A stretch of DNA of 64,000 nt from the IMG/VR virus record IMGVR_UViG_3300023094_000009, positions 64,001 to 128,000 of that record. One strand, 5' to 3'. The DNA comes from a virus. Below the pieces are notes generated by a model. The model was not told the DNA's origin, ran no database searches, and saw only the letters and a program-made list of their open reading frames with translations. Of this stretch, positions 18,136-27,830 are shown in pieces. Position 1 is the first letter of the stretch. Each line of letters begins with the position of its first letter. The translations under genes and the position numbers were made by a program.

Positions 18136-21100
18136 TTACAAAAATTGAAATTTTTAAGTCCTGCTTTTTCATTTACAGTGTTGACTGCTGATTGTGTTGC
18201 TGACTTTTTCTTTTTATCCTGTGTTTCGGGCGTTTCCTCGATAACAGTTTCAATTGAAGCCAAGTCAAACTTGATTTTAGGACTTACAAAAGGGGCAGAC
18301 ATGTCCAGACTTATTGTTACATTTCCTATCAACGCCTCTGCAATGGAAGTTCTAGAATCATTCCACCCATCTACACTGCTAAGATACTGCTTTTCGCTCA
18401 ATTGGGAAAATAAGTTGTCAAAAGCTTCACTGCTCAATCCGTTGCCTAAATCAATGAAGGCATTCCCTGTCTGTGTTACATCTATTCCAGCTCTGGCTAA
18501 AATTGAATTAAGTCGTATGGCTTTCTCTGATCCTTCCAAAGTCTCATTGTTGAACAACCCTTGGAATTCATTCAAATCAATTGGAGAAGCATTCCTAGAC
18601 ACTCTCACAGGGAAAGCAATATGTTTCACTCCTTGACGGATAATGACAACAGGTGTTTTTGAACTTCTGTTTGCAATAACTGCTGTGTTGATGAAAGTCT
18701 TGTCTATACTGTCAATGCTTGTTCTAGTGTAAAGCTTTCCATTCTGTACATAACCAATATCAGCAATCTTGTCTAGGTCTTGCTCCCTGATTGGTCTTGA
18801 TTGTCTTAGAACCACATCTTCATCAATGATTGTATTGAAGTTAGGAAGTCCTGCATAGACGTTTTTAACCTTGATTGTGTATTCAGAAGGGGTTTCGTTA
18901 TTGTTCAATATTAAGCTCATAAGAAAAGCATCATCGTTTGCAATTTCCCTTCTTAGAGATGCAAACTTTGAATCATCGCCCTTGAATCTTCCTGTATCGT
19001 CTCCTTTTGTTCCTTTCAATACTTGAACGTTGGCTGTATCTGCATTCATTGCTGTTATTCTCAGCTCTGTTGCAATTCTTGTCCTTAGTTCAGGAGAGAT
19101 TCTTAAAGTTGTCGATTGGCTTTCCTTTGCCTCAATCGTGTTTTCTGCTTTCTCCCTGATTGTCGCCGTCAAATCCCTTACTTGTTGCGTCTTCTTGTTT
19201 ATCTTGGATTGGTTTGCTGTTGTCTTTGGAAGATTGTTCAGACTAAGAAGTTCAGCTTGTAATTTTATTACAGTTTTGTTTTTATTAAGGTTTTTCTGGA
19301 ATTCCAGTTCTATTGCGTTCTCTCTCTGCTCATCCGTTATGATACTATTTGCATTCTCTCTGATTATGGCATCAAAGATAGACCTATTCCAATCATTGTT
19401 TGGATCAACAGCTAGTGTGAGGATCTCTCCGTCCCTTACATTGAAAACATCTTCCCTGCTTATATCATTATCGTAATCTGAATTGAGCGGAACCCAAGAT
19501 TGAACTCCATCCATGGAAGTTACACTTTTCCTGATCATGGAATAGTAGGTGGAAGTTTCATCCACTGAGCTGGACGTTATCCGAATTTTACCTGCCTGAT
19601 TTATCCTGTCCACAATTTCTCTTGTAATCTTGAAAGCTTTGGTTACAGGATCTTCTTCAACTTCCGTTTCCAGAATTTCCACTCCGGTTAATGCTATGAA
19701 GGCATCTAAAGTGTAGTTGTGAATACTTGTCAATACCACTCCATTCTCTAAAACTTCTTGTGAAACTGCTACTTCATAGTTCTGCCCAACAGCTAGATTC
19801 CTGTTTTGGGATTTATTGACTATTCGTGCATCTTCAATCACTTCTTCGTCTGTTGCTTCTACTACATCAGGAGCGAAATCCACAGGACTGTTTTCAAGAG
19901 CGACCAATTGTTTTATCAAGTCTGAAAGTTCAAGCTGATCCCTTGTTGTACCTAAAATAGATATCCACTGATTAACTTGATTCTCTAGAGTTTCAAATTC
20001 ATCCTGTTCGTCCAGAGTTAATGTTCCTTGATTTACTCTTTTCTTTAGTAGCTTTAGATAGCTTTTATACCCTTCACTTTCCAAGAATTTAAAAGGAGTT
20101 CTGAGGTCATTGTTTTCAGTTTCTTTTGCTTCGATTTCTTGTCTTCTGCTCTCAATTTCACTTTCGGTGTTAATTGGAACTACGCTGTCAACTACCTCTA
20201 CAACTTCTGAATTTGTGAATAACTCAACCATTTTAGGGTTGGCTCTAAATTCACTTCCATTTCTATCCATTACAATAGTATCACCATCAATAGCTGTCAC
20301 TGTTGAGATCCTACCAGTGACATCTCTTAGAGTCTGTCCAACTTGAACTTCACTTGCATTTTCAATAGCTTGAGGTTGTCCTATTTGTGTTATCTCAAAT
20401 GTGGCACTCCTTCCATCACGGCTAACCTCTGTCAATAAACCTTTATCAACTGCTCTTTGGTGCATTGCTTGTGCTCCATCTCCTGCCGAAACTGTAGAAA
20501 TGGTTGTCACGCCTTGATTACTCATAAGCTCAATCAGAGCTTCAAACATAATGCTTCCAGAGCCTTGACCCACTTCATTGGCTGAAATACCGTCAATCCT
20601 GAATTCTGTTGGAGAAATTAGTACTCCCGAAAGAAGTCCCAATTCATTCCTGAACTCATACAATGTGCCATCTTCTACTTCTGTGGTTATTGGTTCTCCT
20701 AGAATATTAGATTGCTCCTCGTCTACTTGAGGAGTTACTATTCCATTTTCAATGTCAGAAATCTCTTTCTGCAATTCCTCTATTCGAGATTGGTTTTCTC
20801 GTATTTTTCTTAAATTTTCGAGCGTAGGCTTGTTTGTAATTATATCAATTTCGTTGGTGATATCTTCAATAAGACTGCTTAATTCCTCAATGTTGTTAAT
20901 TGCGATTCGTGCATTTGTTGGTGCAGATTCTATGCTGTCACCTGTATCCTCTATAGTAACTTCTTCTAATGGTAAAATTGCTTGTTGGCTTTCTTCTACC
21001 CGTCTTTGTATTGCATCATAAGCAAACTGTGCACGAAGCATTGACTCAATCTTGAATTTTTCCCTTTCAGACAAGTCCGTGTTTTCACTCAATATTTGCT

Positions 21101-23789
21101 CAAACTGAGTGATAAGGTCATCTCCCCTGTATCCAATTTTTTCAAGGATTGGATTGATTGTTGCCTCATTTGCTCTCAGTTCTTTTTTCGCCTCTTCCGA
21201 CATTGAATACGGAGAGCCAAGAATTGAACTTATTAGTCCTTTGCCTTCCCTTGAAGAATAGAAATTGGTTGCTGCCATTCTTCGTATGGTATCTGAAGCA
21301 TTTGCTTCTAAAGCCAAATACCCGTCAAACTGATCTAAAAGAAATTCCAACTCCCTTGCTTCTTTTGTCTTTCCTGTAGCTCTTAGGGTTTCTACATATT
21401 GATTTAGACTTGCATATCTTTCTGATAGTTGATTGATAGTGGGAACTTGTGAAGTTTCACCATAAGATATTGTTTCCAGCCTCTTGTTCAGAGCAGTTTC
21501 TAAAACTTCCTGCCTTGCGGTGCTCTTTATTAGCTGGTTTGATAGAGCAACTTGTTTTTTAGATAACTCCTTTGCCAGCACTTCATTGCCCTCAACTGAT
21601 TGCATCTGTGCTCCAACTTCTGCAATTGCCGTAGTAAGCTCAGCTATTTCATTCTTAGTCTGTTCATATTCTGCATAGGCATTGTCTTGTTCATTCTGTA
21701 ATTCATTGAAGAACTTTAAAGTACTGTAAGCACCTTCCTCTCCTGTCAAGGCAGAAATGTTGTCTCCGATTGTATTTACAATGTCCCCTGCCTTGAAACC
21801 TTGCATAAGAGCCAAAGTGGTAGCATCTTTCAATTCAATTACTTGCCCATTAGGTAGTCTGGAATTTTCAATACCTAAAGATTCAACTGTCTTGTTTGCT
21901 TTCTGGTACAATGTGTAGTCCCTCTGGAATCCAGCCTTTAGGGAATCTTTGTACTCCCGAACCTGTGCTTCACTTTCAAATCCCAAATTTCTTTGCTGTT
22001 CCTGCGTGAATTCCAATCCATCAACAGAAGCTTCGAAATCTGCAATTGTATCTGCATATCCCTTCAATCCTTCGTTTGCTTTTATGAAGGAATAGTTAAT
22101 TGCAGAATCTTCAAGTATAGTAAACTCTGCCTGATTGGTCTCCTTTGTTATCTGAAAATTACCAATTGAGTTTGCCCTGTTCAAGTCACGGAATTTTCCA
22201 ATGTACTTGTTATATTCTTCAACAGACTTGTCAATGGAGTTCAATTGGGATGCGTAGCTGTTTTTACCTAGCCCCTGAACTCCAAAAGATGCGCCTTCCA
22301 TTCCTCTTACACCTAAAGCGGTGAGAGGTTTTGAAATTGCTGCGCCTACATTTCCTCCTGCAAGTCCTATAATACCTCCAATAACCACTTCCTTAAGTCC
22401 TTCCTTGGTTGTATATTGCTCCACAAAAGATTCTTGAAGTGCATTGGCAAAGGAGTGGATATCGGCTGTTTTAGGATCATATTTTGCTTCCAAATACTTG
22501 GACATTGTTTTACCAAAAACTCCTTGCAAGCCTTCTTCAACCACACCCTCCCTTAAAACAGGCTTGGAAACATTTACCGCTCTGCCCAGCATTCTCTGCG
22601 CCTTCGTACCTTTGCTGAACACCTTGGTTCCGTCTGCCATTGTTGTCACTGACCTTCCAAGAATACCATCTTCAATTCCCAGCTTTGGAAACTTGATCAT
22701 TTTCAGATCAAACATTTTTGAATACATTGCAAAGTTTGTAACAGAAAGTAGTGCAGCATTTGCTCCAAATACCTTGTTGGCGGTACTCTCTGCATCTTTC
22801 ATGAAGGTTGTCAGGTCTTCTGCTGTAGGTAATTCTCCATAGGTGGTTTGATAATCACTGACATATTTATCTACAGCATCAGTGTAGCTGTGACGTGCTT
22901 CCATTCCGGCTTCAAATCCAACAGACTGACCCAAGAACCTTGCTGTCTTGAATACTTCCCCTGTACTTGCTCCTACATTTGTAGCTGTTGCAAATTTATC
23001 AATTGAACTTCTATTCAGTCTTCTTAGTGCGCGGGTTCCTATTTCCCTTTCTGCAACTCTTGTTGTTGCGGATATAAGGTCATCTGCATTATTTCTTGCT
23101 ACATTTACAGCTATGTTATCGGCTGATTTTGCAAGTCCTTTAATTCCAAGTCTTGCTCCTGCTTTGGCAAATGAACTTGGTAAAGATGCACCACCAGATA
23201 AAATTGCAAGAGGAACTTCACTCAATACTGTTCCTGCCACAAAAGCAAGCCCATTTCCTACATCATTGAACCAGAAGTTAGCTGTACCCATTTGTCCCAA
23301 AAGACTTTTGGCTTTTTCTTCATTTGAATAATAGTGTGCAAAGTTTCTGTCCAATCTTTTTGATTGCTCGTCAAGAAAATTGGATGCGTCATTATCCCAC
23401 AAAGCAGAAAGCTCTCCCTGTGAGATTGCACTTCCTAGTCCATAGGTTACTGTCGCTAAAGCATCAGCTGCTATGAGTCCTGTTTTTCCTAGGAATTTCG
23501 TTACACCATTTCCTGCTTTTTCTCCCCAGCTTTGTTGTTGGGCTAGACGATCTTCATTATCAAAAGCTCCAAGATAGTTGTCATATTTCAAAGCGGAAAC
23601 CCCGTACCTATCTGTTTCAGCAACAGCAGAGGTGGGAACATCATACTTCACATTCTCAATCCTACCCTTATCCCAAGGCATGTCAAGGACTCCTGAATAT
23701 TGGAAACCTTGGGGTTTTACAGCACCTCTTGTACCTCTTGATTGCAGATCTGCTTGTAGCTTATTTAAAACTTCTTCGTTTGTTGGCAT
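18132..23789 (-). CDS. giant virion cargo/ejection protein (1885 aa) with GNAT-like insert
   Basis: Gly/Ala-rich hydrophobic N-region, EG..EEG.Q motif, coiled coils, VGQGSGS motif. Confidence 0.75.
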   Translation of the reverse strand: MPTNEEVLNKLQADLQSRGTRGAVKPQGFQYSGVLDMPWDKGRIENVKYDVPTSAVAETDRYGVSALKYDNYLGAFDNEDRLAQQQSWGEKAGNGVTKFLGKTGLIAADALATVTYGLGSAISQGELSALWDNDASNFLDEQSKRLDRNFAHYYSNEEKAKSLLGQMGTANFWFNDVGNGLAFVAGTVLSEVPLAILSGGASLPSSFAKAGARLGIKGLAKSADNIAVNVARNNADDLISATTRVAEREIGTRALRRLNRSSIDKFATATNVGASTGEVFKTARFLGQSVGFEAGMEARHSYTDAVDKYVSDYQTTYGELPTAEDLTTFMKDAESTANKVFGANAALLSVTNFAMYSKMFDLKMIKFPKLGIEDGILGRSVTTMADGTKVFSKGTKAQRMLGRAVNVSKPVLREGVVEEGLQGVFGKTMSKYLEAKYDPKTADIHSFANALQESFVEQYTTKEGLKEVVIGGIIGLAGGNVGAAISKPLTALGVRGMEGASFGVQGLGKNSYASQLNSIDKSVEEYNKYIGKFRDLNRANSIGNFQITKETNQAEFTILEDSAINYSFIKANEGLKGYADTIADFEASVDGLEFTQEQQRNLGFESEAQVREYKDSLKAGFQRDYTLYQKANKTVESLGIENSRLPNGQVIELKDATTLALMQGFKAGDIVNTIGDNISALTGEEGAYSTLKFFNELQNEQDNAYAEYEQTKNEIAELTTAIAEVGAQMQSVEGNEVLAKELSKKQVALSNQLIKSTARQEVLETALNKRLETISYGETSQVPTINQLSERYASLNQYVETLRATGKTKEARELEFLLDQFDGYLALEANASDTIRRMAATNFYSSREGKGLISSILGSPYSMSEEAKKELRANEATINPILEKIGYRGDDLITQFEQILSENTDLSEREKFKIESMLRAQFAYDAIQRRVEESQQAILPLEEVTIEDTGDSIESAPTNARIAINNIEELSSLIEDITNEIDIITNKPTLENLRKIRENQSRIEELQKEISDIENGIVTPQVDEEQSNILGEPITTEVEDGTLYEFRNELGLLSGVLISPTEFRIDGISANEVGQGSGSIMFEALIELMSNQGVTTISTVSAGDGAQAMHQRAVDKGLLTEVSRDGRSATFEITQIGQPQAIENASEVQVGQTLRDVTGRISTVTAIDGDTIVMDRNGSEFRANPKMVELFTNSEVVEVVDSVVPINTESEIESRRQEIEAKETENNDLRTPFKFLESEGYKSYLKLLKKRVNQGTLTLDEQDEFETLENQVNQWISILGTTRDQLELSDLIKQLVALENSPVDFAPDVVEATDEEVIEDARIVNKSQNRNLAVGQNYEVAVSQEVLENGVVLTSIHNYTLDAFIALTGVEILETEVEEDPVTKAFKITREIVDRINQAGKIRITSSSVDETSTYYSMIRKSVTSMDGVQSWVPLNSDYDNDISREDVFNVRDGEILTLAVDPNNDWNRSIFDAIIRENANSIITDEQRENAIELEFQKNLNKNKTVIKLQAELLSLNNLPKTTANQSKINKKTQQVRDLTATIREKAENTIEAKESQSTTLRISPELRTRIATELRITAMNADTANVQVLKGTKGDDTGRFKGDDSKFASLRREIANDDAFLMSLILNNNETPSEYTIKVKNVYAGLPNFNTIIDEDVVLRQSRPIREQDLDKIADIGYVQNGKLYTRTSIDSIDKTFINTAVIANRSSKTPVVIIRQGVKHIAFPVRVSRNASPIDLNEFQGLFNNETLEGSEKAIRLNSILARAGIDVTQTGNAFIDLGNGLSSEAFDNLFSQLSEKQYLSSVDGWNDSRTSIAEALIGNVTISLDMSAPFVSPKIKFDLASIETVIEETPETQDKKKKSATQSAVNTVNEKAGLKNFNFCK

Positions 23790-23886
23790 AGTTATTTTCC
23801 CTTTGGCATTAAATCACTAAAATGTACCAGACAAAATGCTGATTTTTAGTCTTTTATGCGTATTTTTTTGAATAAAGTTATTAATT

Positions 23887-24297
23887 TTATCTGATAAATC
23901 TGCCAAAAAAGACATTTCTTTCAGAGTTTATCGGATGTTTTTTTATCCATTCATCATATGTTTCTAACGAATCAAGTCTTTTTTCGAACTTGTCCATCCC
24001 TGAAGTGACAAATTCTTCTGAGTAATCCTGAAGGCATACATTATCTTCTCCCTGAATAAGCATGTCCATGCTGTCAACCTTGAATTTGTAAGATTCTCCC
24101 AAGTAATGAAATTCGTATTCTGTCAGTTCTTTATATTTAACCTTGTTTTCTATTTCCCGCGCCAGAGAAGAAAGTTTGTCAGCATCGTAACTTTCCTGTT
24201 TGCTTCTATGTAGTATTGTTCTTAAAATGCTACTTTTAAGTCCAGATTCCCGATCTTTGAACTGTCGGCGTACACTAACTGTAAATTTATTTTCCAT
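23887..24297 (-). CDS. hypothetical passenger protein
   Basis: 136-aa ORF. Confidence 0.55.
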   Translation of the reverse strand: MENKFTVSVRRQFKDRESGLKSSILRTILHRSKQESYDADKLSSLAREIENKVKYKELTEYEFHYLGESYKFKVDSMDMLIQGEDNVCLQDYSEEFVTSGMDKFEKRLDSLETYDEWIKKHPINSERNVFFGRFIR

Positions 24298-24595
24298 GAA
24301 TGATTATGTTAAAGAAAGAGATGTTGAAAAAGCCACTGGCCTGAGAGCTATACACTATTCCTATCCTTCTGGACAAGGGCTCTTATACCTAACTGGTTAT
24401 TTCATTGTAGAGAGATTTAAGATCTCCTCTAAGCTAAGTCTGGATTATAAGCTGACTCAAATTCTCGATGTTGTTGATTATATCGAAACAGGTGTAGTTA
24501 AAAGTACAAAGGTATATTCTTTAGAAGGCGATGAACTGCTATTGTCATCTCAGAATCCCCTTCCACTATTACCTGAATATGTTGTAAAAGAATAG
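24296..24595 (+). CDS. hypothetical passenger protein (doubtful)
   Basis: 99 aa from ATG 24296; shares CATG with the divergent ORF. Confidence 0.35.
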   Translation: MNDYVKERDVEKATGLRAIHYSYPSGQGLLYLTGYFIVERFKISSKLSLDYKLTQILDVVDYIETGVVKSTKVYSLEGDELLLSSQNPLPLLPEYVVKE

Positions 24596-24630
24596 CAACT
24601 ACATTCTGTTGTCTTAAGGCGGGGTGTGAG

Positions 24631-24668
24631 ATCACTTAAATGTACCAGCTAAGATACTGGTTTTTAGT
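24631..24668 (+). repeat. internal direct copy of the left-end sequence
   Basis: 32/38 identical to 23813-23850. Confidence 0.8.
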
Positions 24669-24670
24669 TT

Positions 24671-25615
24671 TTAAGATTTATTCTGAATAGTGCTATTTTT
24701 TAACCAAATTTTGAAATGATTACTGCCAATGAATTTAAGGACTGTACTTTTGTCAAACAGTATAGTCAATAAGTGGTATGCTGTTAGTACATATTCTTGA
24801 AGATCTTGAGAGTCCTCTAAATCTTCAACACAAAGGCCTTGGCTTTTAGCCTCGATCCGATCAATCCTTCTTCCATGACTTTTCTTTTTGTGACCATCTA
24901 CTGAACCACGGCTAAAGTGTGCAGAGACAGCTTCGCTTTTCTTTTTAGCTCCTGCTATCCCCTTAAATACATAACTCTCCAACCAATCTGCTACAATTTG
25001 TTCAGAATATTCAACAGCGTTTTGGGACTCTTGAAGCAATGCTGGCCCCATTGTTGAGAGTGTGGGTGCCCATAAGTGAGCTTGAACGCTATTTTCTAAA
25101 ATATCCTGCTTTGCTCTTTCAAACTGATCAATTATGGCTAAAGCAGAAACAAAGCGTCCGTTAAGGTTCATTTGTGGATCAATTGGCCCTAATTGGCTTT
25201 GCCTTCCCATAATGATTCTATCACAAGAAAGACTTATCATAGTACCTGCGGACATCGCATAAGTAGGTATAATTACTTCAATATCCTTAAATTTGGATCT
25301 AAGATACGAAACAATAGTTTCTGTCGCATTTGTAACTCCTCCAGGTGTATGGAGTAGTATGGTTAGACCTTTTGTGAAATCCATTCCATGTATGACGGAC
25401 ATAAAGCCATTTATGTCCTCTGATGTAATTGATAAAGTCCCTTGATTTGCTGTGGGTTTTTGGAGAAAAGCTGAAGCATAAAAAATCACATTCCTACCTT
25501 CCCTAAGTGTAGAGATTTTGTTAAGCTCTTTTACAAGGTTATCAACTAACCAGTTGACCACGACGTCTTTATCTAAAGTTTCTACCTTGGAAACTAAATC
25601 TGTCCATGAAGGCAT
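24671..25615 (-). CDS. SDH-family ClpP-fold serine protease
   Basis: LHTPGG, AMSAGTMISL, LGPIDPQ, SHGRRI motifs. Confidence 0.88.
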   Translation of the reverse strand: MPSWTDLVSKVETLDKDVVVNWLVDNLVKELNKISTLREGRNVIFYASAFLQKPTANQGTLSITSEDINGFMSVIHGMDFTKGLTILLHTPGGVTNATETIVSYLRSKFKDIEVIIPTYAMSAGTMISLSCDRIIMGRQSQLGPIDPQMNLNGRFVSALAIIDQFERAKQDILENSVQAHLWAPTLSTMGPALLQESQNAVEYSEQIVADWLESYVFKGIAGAKKKSEAVSAHFSRGSVDGHKKKSHGRRIDRIEAKSQGLCVEDLEDSQDLQEYVLTAYHLLTILFDKSTVLKFIGSNHFKIWLKNSTIQNKS

Positions 25616-25809
25616 TAGCGTAGTGTGATATTAAGTGGATAACTAGCGTCTCTGTACAACGATTCATCTTGTATACATTCCTTTGTAATTTGTAACAGAT
25701 CATAGGAATTTAATTCAAGATATACATTGTATTGAGCTGATACCTCATTTAGTATCACTGTGATATCTTTATTTTTGGGATATTCTTTATTTGATTCGAG
25801 TGAATTCAT
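25615..25809 (-). CDS. small protein translationally coupled to the protease
   Basis: 64 aa; stop overlaps the protease ATG. Confidence 0.55.
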   Translation of the reverse strand: MNSLESNKEYPKNKDITVILNEVSAQYNVYLELNSYDLLQITKECIQDESLYRDASYPLNITLR

Positions 25810-25894
25810 GTTATTCAGTGTGTTGGTTTCTGCAAAGAAACAATTTTTAAGTTATTGTTGGACTACCACTCATCACTAATTAATGATATTTCTA

Positions 25895-26029
25895 TTACTT
25901 CTCTTTCTTAGGCTTCACCACAACCTTCTTCAGAACCTCGCTAAAGCCTTCCTTCAGTTCTTTGTCACCATACTTCTTGGTGAGCTGTTCGTCCGATAAA
26001 GCTTCTTTCTTTTTCTTCTTTTCTGCCAT
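25895..26029 (-). CDS. 44-aa Lys-rich peptide (not in ORF track)
   Basis: MAEKKKKKEALSDEQLTKKYGDKELKEGFSEVLKKVVVKPKKEK*. Confidence 0.55.
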   Translation of the reverse strand: MAEKKKKKEALSDEQLTKKYGDKELKEGFSEVLKKVVVKPKKEK

Positions 26030-26135
26030 AGGGCTTAAATTTACTGAATCTGTTGCTTGACAGACATGTATTTAACTTCCATTTAACCTTTTAAAGGTAC
26101 GGATAGTCCTTGTTTATTCCAAATAAATGGCTTTG

Positions 26136-27077
26136 TTATACATTTTTTGAAATGAGGTCTTTGTATTTCAGTCTTTTTTGTGCCATTTTCACGAGAGAGT
26201 TATTAAACTTTTGCCCTGCGTTGTCTTCGCGCCCGTTGAACCGGAAAGACATCTCATCACAATACATCTGAAGATGCTTGCGGGAAACATGGAAATAGGT
26301 TCCCTTGATGCTCCTCTTTAAATGACTCCAGAAATTTTCTACATTGTTGCTTGAGAAACCGCTTTCCGTGGCATACTGTTTCAGGTTGTGGTTTACATAC
26401 TGGTGGTCATAGTCTGCATTAAGTCCTGTGTATCCCATCCATTCATCTGTTACGATTGTAGCTCCGGCTTGCACCAGTTCTTTCACCAGTGGCTTCAAAG
26501 TTTCTCCCTGCGTATTTGGAATAACTCTTGTATATATCTTGTTGTCCTGTATCATTCCAAACACTGGAGTTTTATCCTTGTAGGATCTTCCTTGCGAATT
26601 TTTGACTTTCTTGTTTTTGTGGCGATTTTTGTTGCTGCCTCCTACAAAGCTCTCATCCATTGTAGCAACAGAAAGAGACTTTTCAGGAATAGCCTGAACA
26701 TAGGATGCACGAAGCCTGCTTAACATGAACCAAGCAGTCTTTTGTGTAACTCCAAGGTCTTCTGCAAGCTGATAAGAACTGATTCCACGCTTGTGAGAAG
26801 CGAAAATAAATATGGCGATAAACCATGTCCTTAGAGGAATCGGGGAACTTTCAAATATGGTTCCCACTCTTATGGTGTATCTCTTTTTACATCCTCCGCA
26901 TTTGTATAATCCGTTGAACTCTCCTTTTACATTCAGTTTGTATTGCTTTGTTTCCTTGCAATGAGGACACACTGGATTACCTTGCCAGATTGTGTTCTCA
27001 AGATATTCCCTGCAAGATGTTTCATCTGGCAATTGCTTCAGCATTTGAACTAATGATTTGAACTCTAGATTATACAT
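26136..27077 (-). CDS. IS1595-family DDE transposase
   Basis: CPHC...CGGC zinc ribbon, HTH (QKTAWFM), DESFVGG, IVTDEW..Y, NNVENFWSHLKR, DEMSFRFN; likely ATG start at 27077. Confidence 0.95.
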   Translation of the reverse strand: MYNLEFKSLVQMLKQLPDETSCREYLENTIWQGNPVCPHCKETKQYKLNVKGEFNGLYKCGGCKKRYTIRVGTIFESSPIPLRTWFIAIFIFASHKRGISSYQLAEDLGVTQKTAWFMLSRLRASYVQAIPEKSLSVATMDESFVGGSNKNRHKNKKVKNSQGRSYKDKTPVFGMIQDNKIYTRVIPNTQGETLKPLVKELVQAGATIVTDEWMGYTGLNADYDHQYVNHNLKQYATESGFSSNNVENFWSHLKRSIKGTYFHVSRKHLQMYCDEMSFRFNGREDNAGQKFNNSLVKMAQKRLKYKDLISKNV

Positions 27078-27208
27078 AACTTCAAGTTTTAAATACACTG
27101 AGAAGTTACGATATTTTACTGGAGTTCCCTAGCTTTTTAACATTAGTTACGTGTAATTATAATAAATTGTTATTTATCCACATTTCGTTTTTGATTAATA
27201 TTCTGTCA

Positions 27209-27216
27209 TATCTTTG
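27209..27216 (+). promoter_or_regulatory. -7 promoter element TATCTTTG
   Basis: Upstream of the SRAP gene. Confidence 0.55.
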
Positions 27217-27233
27217 ATGAATAAATCATCCGA

Positions 27234-27830
27234 ATGTGTTATCAAGTAAGACAAACTTCAAGTAAAAAGGATATTGAAAGAAGGTTTAGTGCCGATTTCC
27301 TTACTGTTATTCCTGATTATCAGCGTGAAGAAGTGAGTGGTTTCACGCATCCAAAAATGCCTGTTATTGCTAACAGCATGGTTGACAAAATACAGCTTTT
27401 TCAATGGGGACTGATTCCGCAGAACCAGAAAAATACACTGAATGCAAGAATTGAAACAATAAGGGAAAAACCGTCCTTCAGGAATTTTGTAAACCAGAAA
27501 TGTCTGATACTTGTTAATGGCTTCTATGAGTGGAAGCATGTACCGGGAGAGAGGCATGACAGACATAAATACCTTCTTTCGTTGCCTGACAACGGATCAT
27601 TTGCTCTTGCGGGATTGTGGAGCGAATGGGAATTCCTGAATGGAGAGAAATATAGAACCTTTACCGTCATTACTACAGAAGCCCAAGGTATAATGAGAGA
27701 AATACACAATACTAAGCTCAGGATGCCTGTTATACTCAAAAGGGAAATTGAAATGGATTGGCTTATGGGTAAGCGTACAGCTAAGCTTCATACGGATTTG
27801 GTTGCTACCAAGATTTTCCCTTTATTCTAG
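27234..27830 (+). CDS. SOS response-associated peptidase (SRAP/YedK/HMCES family)
   Basis: N-terminal MC, WGLIP, NARIET, GFYEW, IH...RMPVIL. Confidence 0.93.
   Translation: MCYQVRQTSSKKDIERRFSADFLTVIPDYQREEVSGFTHPKMPVIANSMVDKIQLFQWGLIPQNQKNTLNARIETIREKPSFRNFVNQKCLILVNGFYEWKHVPGERHDRHKYLLSLPDNGSFALAGLWSEWEFLNGEKYRTFTVITTEAQGIMREIHNTKLRMPVILKREIEMDWLMGKRTAKLHTDLVATKIFPLF

Noticed and set aside
10550-23820. Numerous plus-strand 60-165 aa ORFs inside the giant genes (also 30542-63907)
   Set aside because: Antisense shadows of minus-strand genes: Ser/Leu/Phe-rich and without independent signals
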